From an uncultured Chloroflexia bacterium (GTDB lineage: Bacteria; Chloroflexota; Anaerolineae; CG2-30-64-16), in the NCBI GenBank assembly GCA_963774265.1, contig CAVZDU010000001.1, positions 1-64,000 of the forward strand: a stretch of 64,000 nt of DNA. Direction: 5' to 3'. Position numbers and translations under genes: made by a program. A model generated the notes under the pieces. That model searched no databases. It saw nothing but the letters and a program-made list of their open reading frames with translations, and was not told the DNA's origin. Below, one piece after another: positions 58,157 through 64,000 of this stretch (position 1 is its first letter; the number at the start of each line of letters is the position of its first letter).

Positions 58157-59379
58157 TTATGATCGCCTGAGACCGTGGCGCCACGCGTCGACCCGCTTAC
58201 GCAACCGTCCGCGCCAGTTGTCTTTCCCCACGGGCCCCATCACCCAGTTGTAGGCATGGCGCTCGCTCCGAATCACCCAGGAGCGGAACCCCGCAGACAG
58301 GAATCCAAGCTGTGCCAACAGTCTGCCCAGCCAGGTCTTTGTGGTCGGCGGCGGCGGTGCGCCCCACTCCACTGCGGCTGCGGCCCAGGTCAAGCCCGCG
58401 CCAAAACCGACGAGGACGACCTTGTCTCCCGGATGCACTTTGCCCGCTGCAACCGCTTCGGTCAACGCGATGGGGATGGACGCTGCTGAGGTGTTGCCGT
58501 ATCGTTCGAGATTGACGAAGAACTTGTCCATCGGCAGATTGAGCCGTTTTGCGGCCGATTCGATGATGCGCGTGTTGGCCTGGTGCGGGATAAACAGCGA
58601 CACATCTTCCAACTCCCAGCCCGCCTTGCGAGTCACACTTTGTGCCGCCCTGGGTATGACCGTGGTGGCGAACCGATACACCTCACGGCCGTTCATCTTG
58701 ATGAAGTGGCCGCCGTTGCTAACGGTTTCCAGGCTGGCAGGCTGATGGCTGCCCCCGCGGGGAGGATCAGCAACTCACCACCCGAACCGTCGCTGCCCAG
58801 CTCTGTTGCAAGAACGCCGCAGCGCGCATCGCACACGCTCACCACAACCGCGCCTGCACCATCGCCGAAAAGGACGCACGTGTTGCGGTCGTTCCAGTCA
58901 ATGATGCGGGACAGTGTCTCCGCGCCGATGATCAAGACATGCTCGGCCGTGCCGCTGCGAATCGCGGCCATCCCCATCGTCAACGCGTAGATGAAACCAG
59001 AGCACCCTGCGCTCAAATCAAACGCACCGGCCGACCCGGCGCCAAGCGCATCCTGGACCAGGCTCGCCGTGGAAGGGAACACGTACTCAGGCGTGGCGGT
59101 CGCGACGATAATCAGGTCCAATTGCGAGGATCGCAGACCAGCCTTCAGAAGCGCGTCGCGCCCCGCGCGTGCAGCCAGGACCGCGGTCGTCTCTCGTTCA
59201 CTGTCCACCACATGTCGTTCTTTGATGCCCGTATGAGAGATGATCCACTCGTCGGTTGTGTCCACGACGCGGGCCAACGCTTCGTTTGTCAGCACCTTCT
59301 CGGGCACACAACTGGCCCAGCCGGTGATCTGTGCGTACCGCCCCGGATGATTTGCGCCGGACCCGTTCACGCCCGTCAT
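58157..59379 (-). CDS. fabH: 3-oxoacyl-ACP synthase III with C-terminal extension; frameshift ~58755
   Basis: [50 protein letters not shown] and GFGAGLTW. Confidence 0.93.
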
Positions 59380-60626
59380 GCGACCCGCCCGAAAACGACC
59401 GTGCCGTTGTGCCCGCCAAATCCAAAGGAATTCGACATAGCCACATTGACGGTCGCACGCCGCGCGATGTTCGGCACGTAGTCGAGGTCGCATACGGGGT
59501 CCGGTGTCTCGTAGTTGATGGTCGGTGGCAAGATATTGTCGCGCATGGTGAGGAGGCAGAAAGCCGCTTCGATGGCGCCTGCTGCGCCCATCAGGTGACC
59601 GGTCATGCTCTTCGTCGAGCTGATCGCCACCCGATACGCATCATCGCCGAACACGGCTTTGATCGCGCGCGTCTCACCGGCATCATTCAGGGGCGTACTC
59701 GTGCCGTGCGCGTTGATGTAGTCGACTTCTGATGGATGGATGCCGGCGTCCTCGAGCGCCATCCGCATACATTCCGCAGCGCCGACCCCATCATCCGCGG
59801 GTGCAGTGATGTGGTAAGCATCCGCAGTGATGCCGTAACCGATGAGTTCGCCGTAGATGTGTGCGCCGCGGGCCAGCGCGCGATCCAGTCGCTCCAGCAC
59901 AACGATCCCGGCCCCTTCAGCAACCACGAAACCGTCCCGGTCTTTGTCGAACGGCCGGCTCGCACGTTCGGGTTCATCGTTGCGGCTGCTGAGCGCTTGC
60001 ATGTTCTCGAACCCCGCTACCGCCATCTGCACGATCGCTGCCTCGGATCCACCTGCGATCATCAGATCCGCATGCCCCCGGCGAATCATCTCCGCGGCTT
60101 CACCTAAGGCATGGGTGCCTGTCGCACAGGCGGTGGACACCGCCAGGTTCGGCCCACGCGCGCCGATCATGATGCTGATATGCGCGGATGCACTGTTCAG
60201 CATCAGCGCTGGCACTGCGAAAGGACTAACGCGGCGTGGTCCACGCTCCACCATGAGCATCTGGTTCTCTAGCAGTGCGTGGACACCACCAATGCCTGAA
60301 CCCACCACCACGCCAACGCGTTGCGGACCCCACTCTTCCAAATTGAACCGCGCATCGGCGAGGGCTTGCTGGGTGGCCGCGACGGCGAAATGGAGAAAAC
60401 GATCCATGCGGCGCGCGGTTGGCTTGTCCATATATTGAGTCGGGTCGAAGTTCTTCACTTCGGCGGCGATGTGGGTTTTGAAAGCCGAGTGGTCGAACTG
60501 CGTCAACGGTCCAACGCCCGAGCGACCGGCCAGAAGTGCGGCCCAAGTGGTGGACACGTCGTTGCCGACAGGGGTCACAAGCCCGAGGCCGGTGGCGACC
60601 ACGCGCTGGGAGTCTGGTCGAATCAA
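59376..60626 (-). CDS. fabF: 3-oxoacyl-ACP synthase II
   Basis: TACATG, SRPFDKDRDGFV, AYHIT, YINAHGTST, STKSMTGH and NSFGFGGHN. Confidence 0.95.
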   Translation of the reverse strand: MIRPDSQRVVATGLGLVTPVGNDVSTTWAALLAGRSGVGPLTQFDHSAFKTHIAAEVKNFDPTQYMDKPTARRMDRFLHFAVAATQQALADARFNLEEWGPQRVGVVVGSGIGGVHALLENQMLMVERGPRRVSPFAVPALMLNSASAHISIMIGARGPNLAVSTACATGTHALGEAAEMIRRGHADLMIAGGSEAAIVQMAVAGFENMQALSSRNDEPERASRPFDKDRDGFVVAEGAGIVVLERLDRALARGAHIYGELIGYGITADAYHITAPADDGVGAAECMRMALEDAGIHPSEVDYINAHGTSTPLNDAGETRAIKAVFGDDAYRVAISSTKSMTGHLMGAAGAIEAAFCLLTMRDNILPPTINYETPDPVCDLDYVPNIARRATVNVAMSNSFGFGGHNGTVVFGRVA

Positions 60627-60794
60627 GAGAACCTCCTGAGAGATGGTTGCTCAATTTGGGGGACAGCCTGATGTTCCTCCAGACAACCACTGCTATTAAC
60701 ACGAAGGGCAGACAAAGGACGCGGCCGCTGCCATTTGCGCCATAGCCCGGTTTGCCGTACCATGGGTCGCGATGTTCCATCGTGAGGTCACCTG

Positions 60795-61655
60795 ATGAAG
60801 ATCGTCAAAGCCGTGATCACCGCAGCCGGTTCCCGGCAGCGCACCTTGCCCCTCCAGACGCTGGTCGATCGTGACGGCGTGCAGAAGTCGGTCCTGCGCA
60901 TCGTGCTCGAAGAGGCGCAGCGGGCTGGTGTGGAGGACATTTGCGTTGTCGTCAGCCCTGAGGATGAAGCGCCCTATGCCCGGGCCGCGGGCAACACCAC
61001 CGCACGCCTGACATTCGTGCCGCAGGTCGAGCCACGGGGGTACGGCGACGCCATCCTCTGTGCGCGGCCGTTCACGGGCGACGAGGCGTTTCTGCATCTC
61101 GTCGGCGATCATCTCTGGGTCAGCGCGGGACGCGAGGGATGTGCGCAGCAGCTTGTAGAGGTGGCACAGCAGGAGGACTGCGCCGTCAGCGCAGTGCAGG
61201 CGTCACGCGAGACGTTGTTGCCCTACTTCGGCACGGTCGGCGGCCGGCGACTGGCCGGGCGACACGACCTGTACTTGATCGAAGATGTGATGGAGAAGCC
61301 GACGCCAACCGAGGCGGAGCAGCGACTCCTCGTGCCAGGCCTGCGAACCGGCCACTACCTCTGCTTCTTTGGCCTGCACGTCCTCACGCCCGGGGTCATG
61401 GATATTCTGGCCGACCTGGTCGCGCAAGACCGGGGTGCAGTGACGTTATCACAGGCGCTGGCCTTGCTGGCAGCTCGTGAACGTTACCTCGCGCTGGAGC
61501 GACCCTGGTTCCGCTATGACGTGGGTGTGCAGTACGGGCTCCTCACTGCGCAATTGGCGTTGGCCCTCTCAGGCCGCGACCGCGACCTGGTGCTCACACA
61601 GCTTCTCGAACTGCTGGCGCACCGCGAGTTACGGGCGGGCCAGGAGGTATCGTGA
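60795..61655 (+). CDS. Sugar-phosphate nucleotidyltransferase (GalU-like)
   Basis: [27 protein letters not shown] and RYDVG. Confidence 0.82.
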   Translation: MKIVKAVITAAGSRQRTLPLQTLVDRDGVQKSVLRIVLEEAQRAGVEDICVVVSPEDEAPYARAAGNTTARLTFVPQVEPRGYGDAILCARPFTGDEAFLHLVGDHLWVSAGREGCAQQLVEVAQQEDCAVSAVQASRETLLPYFGTVGGRRLAGRHDLYLIEDVMEKPTPTEAEQRLLVPGLRTGHYLCFFGLHVLTPGVMDILADLVAQDRGAVTLSQALALLAARERYLALERPWFRYDVGVQYGLLTAQLALALSGRDRDLVLTQLLELLAHRELRAGQEVS

Positions 61656-64000
61656 CGGGGCGCCTCGTTTCGATCATCACATCTGCCGATCCCCGTGTGC
61701 GCGACCAGTCCGTCGATGCCTGGGCCCGTGCGGCTACGCTCGAAGACCTGGTGGCTGAGTGCGCGCATCTGGAAGCGTTCCGCAGGCAGAGTACTAACCT
61801 CTACGAGCGCGTCCGCGCCCTGTTCTTCCTGTACGATATTCATCGCTTCCATCTGCCTCAAAAAGCCGGCGTCGGACAACTTGGATTTGTGCCCTTCGAT
61901 GGCTACAGCTACCTGCTAAAGCGTCGCTTCGAGGAAGCCATTGAGGTCTTCCTCCGCGAACAGACCACCCAGGGCCCCAATCAGTCCGTTTCCAGCGCGC
62001 TGGCCGCAGCATATCATCGCCTGGGGTTTCAGACGCTTGCTGACCAGGTCCGCCATAGCGTGCGCTCGGTACGCGGAAATCAGTGGATGTTCCGTATCGG
62101 CCATCCAGCGGACCAGCCCCTGCGCATCCGGCCTGACCTCCTGGCGCGCGCCTCATCGGACGCACCCTATCCCATCCTGCGCGAAACGACACCAGTGCGC
62201 ATGGATCTCTCACACAGCGCGTGGAGCGACATTTTCTTCCTCGGCATGGACTTCCCGGAGGGTGCGCGCGTCCTCAATATCTCGATCGACCTGGGCGTAC
62301 GCGGCCGCGACGATGAACCGCGTCCCCCGGTGGAAGCCTATCTCCGCGTGATCGACGAGCCGGTTCTGCGTCTCGCCAGCGTCGATCTGGCCGCACGCGC
62401 GGATATCACCAGCCTCGCGGAGGTGTTCGATTTTGCGCGCGACTACCTCGGGCTGCTCAAGGCAGCATTGATCGCTTCGGGCCTCGTCCCCCCCGGGATG
62501 GAAGGCTCAGAGGAACGCCTGACCGAACTTCTCGCCCGATTGGTGGGACAGGGGCGCGGTATCGAACTGGTCAGCAATGTCAACGCCATCCCCAAGGGAT
62601 CTCGCCTGGCCGTTTCCACCAGCCTGCTCGCCTGCTTGATCGCGTGCTGCATGCGTGCCACCGGGCAGGCCTGTTCTCTCACCGGGCAATTGGCCGAGCA
62701 CGAGCGCCGGCTGGTGGCCGCTCGGGCCATCCTGGGCGAATGGCTCGCCGGATCGGGAGGTGGTTGGCAGGATTCGGGTGGGGTATGGCCGGGTATCAAG
62801 TTGATCACAGGCGTGCTGCCTGGCGCTGATGACCCTGAATATGGTATCAGCAGGGGCCGCCTGTTGCCCGGTCACCGGATTTTCGGCGTGGATGAGGTGT
62901 CGCAGGAGACGCGGCAGGCGCTGCAGGACAGCCTGGTTCTCGTGCATGGGGGAATGGCGCAGAACGTCGGTCCCATCCTGGAGATGGTGACTGAGAAGTA
63001 CCTGTTGCGGTCCGAAGTCGAGTGGCTGGGACGCCAGGAAGCGTGCCGCATCCTCGATCAGGTCGTCGAGGCATTACAGACGGGAGACGTCCGCCGGGTA
63101 GGGGCGGTCACCACGCGCAACTTCGCTGGACCGATCCAAATGATCATTCCCTGGGCCACGAACCTCTACACCGAACGCCTGATTGAGCGTGTACAAGCGG
63201 AATACGGCGAGCGCTTCTGGGGCTTCTGGATGCTGGGCGGTATGTCGGGTGGTGGAATGGGGTTCATCTTCGATCCCTCTGTGCGCCCAGCCGCCCAGGA
63301 ACGGATGCAGCACATCATGTCTCAGGCGAAGGCCGAGCTCGAATCGGCTCTGCCATTCGCCATGGAACCGGTTGTCTACGACTTTGCCATCAACGAGCAC
63401 GGCACGTGGGCCGACCTGTTGGATGGGAACGACCCTGCCGGGGTGGGCCCGGCGCCCACCCTGCCGTTGATGCCACCGGGCTACTATGCTATGGTTGTGC
63501 CCGACCTGGTGCGACTGGATCTCCGGCAGTTGCCCGCCTCTCAACGCGCGGAGCTGGGCCTCTTCGCTTCAGCGGCACGCACCTCACCGACACTGACCGG
63601 GATGGTGCATACGGTGTTCGATCGGCTTCTGCCTTCCTTAGCCAAATCGAGTGCCCAGGACAACGCTCGAACACTCAACGCCATGCTCGCCGAACATGGG
63701 TTTGACCCGGTGCAACACGAACAGATCCGCACTGACCTGCGCGCCGGCCGTCTTGGCCTGGCGCAAAACCGGCTGCCTGCCAACAGCGACATCGGCGATG
63801 TCGTGCGAGGCGATGTGTTCGATGCGAGCGAGAACCTGGAGAACCTATCGCAGCATCGCCGTGACGGTCTGGAAGCATTGCGATCCGGCACAGTTGCGGT
63901 GGTGAGCCTGGCCGGCGGTGTGGGAACCCGCTGGACGCAGGGCGCAGGTGTGGTTAAGGCGTTGCACCCGTTCTGCCGGCTAGGTGGGCAGCACCGTTCG
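61652..64000 (+). CDS. GHMP sugar kinase fused to a UDP-sugar pyrophosphorylase domain (partial, runs off the window; absent from the ORF track)
   Basis: AGGAGG RBS and GTG 61652; [31 protein letters not shown] and LGGMSGGG (GHMP), then [16 protein letters not shown] (nucleotidyltransferase). Confidence 0.85.
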   Translation, partial: MTGRLVSIITSADPRVRDQSVDAWARAATLEDLVAECAHLEAFRRQSTNLYERVRALFFLYDIHRFHLPQKAGVGQLGFVPFDGYSYLLKRRFEEAIEVFLREQTTQGPNQSVSSALAAAYHRLGFQTLADQVRHSVRSVRGNQWMFRIGHPADQPLRIRPDLLARASSDAPYPILRETTPVRMDLSHSAWSDIFFLGMDFPEGARVLNISIDLGVRGRDDEPRPPVEAYLRVIDEPVLRLASVDLAARADITSLAEVFDFARDYLGLLKAALIASGLVPPGMEGSEERLTELLARLVGQGRGIELVSNVNAIPKGSRLAVSTSLLACLIACCMRATGQACSLTGQLAEHERRLVAARAILGEWLAGSGGGWQDSGGVWPGIKLITGVLPGADDPEYGISRGRLLPGHRIFGVDEVSQETRQALQDSLVLVHGGMAQNVGPILEMVTEKYLLRSEVEWLGRQEACRILDQVVEALQTGDVRRVGAVTTRNFAGPIQMIIPWATNLYTERLIERVQAEYGERFWGFWMLGGMSGGGMGFIFDPSVRPAAQERMQHIMSQAKAELESALPFAMEPVVYDFAINEHGTWADLLDGNDPAGVGPAPTLPLMPPGYYAMVVPDLVRLDLRQLPASQRAELGLFASAARTSPTLTGMVHTVFDRLLPSLAKSSAQDNARTLNAMLAEHGFDPVQHEQIRTDLRAGRLGLAQNRLPANSDIGDVVRGDVFDASENLENLSQHRRDGLEALRSGTVAVVSLAGGVGTRWTQGAGVVKALHPFCRLGGQHRS

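Noticed and set aside
1-64000. CRISPR array, tRNA/rRNA genes, prophage or defence island
   Set aside because: No regularly spaced direct repeats, RNA-gene signatures, phage genes or defence genes were recognised by eye.

Overview
The window looks like a join of two genomes. Bases 1-~4190 read as alphaproteobacterial (Hyphomicrobiales-like): yggS, an HlyD-type adaptor and a 5'-truncated FtsX-type ABC permease. At ~4190 this is fused to the first ~15 codons of a gene from a different organism, most likely Chloroflexota (Anaerolineae/Caldilineae-like). Taxonomy is inferred from gene style, not searched. That genome supplies a ~21.5 kb minus-strand Wood-Ljungdahl cluster: Cys-rich/HMA-like ORF, cooS, acsB, CBS protein, fpr, acsD, acsC, nfnAB, acsV, GNAT, cooC, Zn-ADH, HEAT protein, acsE, malic enzyme, atypical TrxB-like flavoprotein, folD, metV, and a probable cut-off metF. 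Next come a divergent Tm-1-like/PEP-hydrolase pair, a LuxR-ATPase with a secreted double-PAP2 enzyme, an EutW/EutV-like GAF kinase plus ANTAR regulator, housekeeping genes, an IS256-family element with 8-bp target duplication, fabF/fabH and a partial GHMP kinase-pyrophosphorylase fusion. Most interesting signal: the CODH/ACS operon leader has tandem hairpins (loops GAUGAC and GACGAAC), the second overlapping an intrinsic terminator. This is ANTAR-antiterminator architecture, and a related hairpin covers the RBS of the nearby ANTAR kinase, suggesting RNA-level two-component control of the Wood-Ljungdahl carbonyl branch. Many genes carry single-base frameshifts that look like long-read errors; coordinates for those genes span the reconstructed gene.
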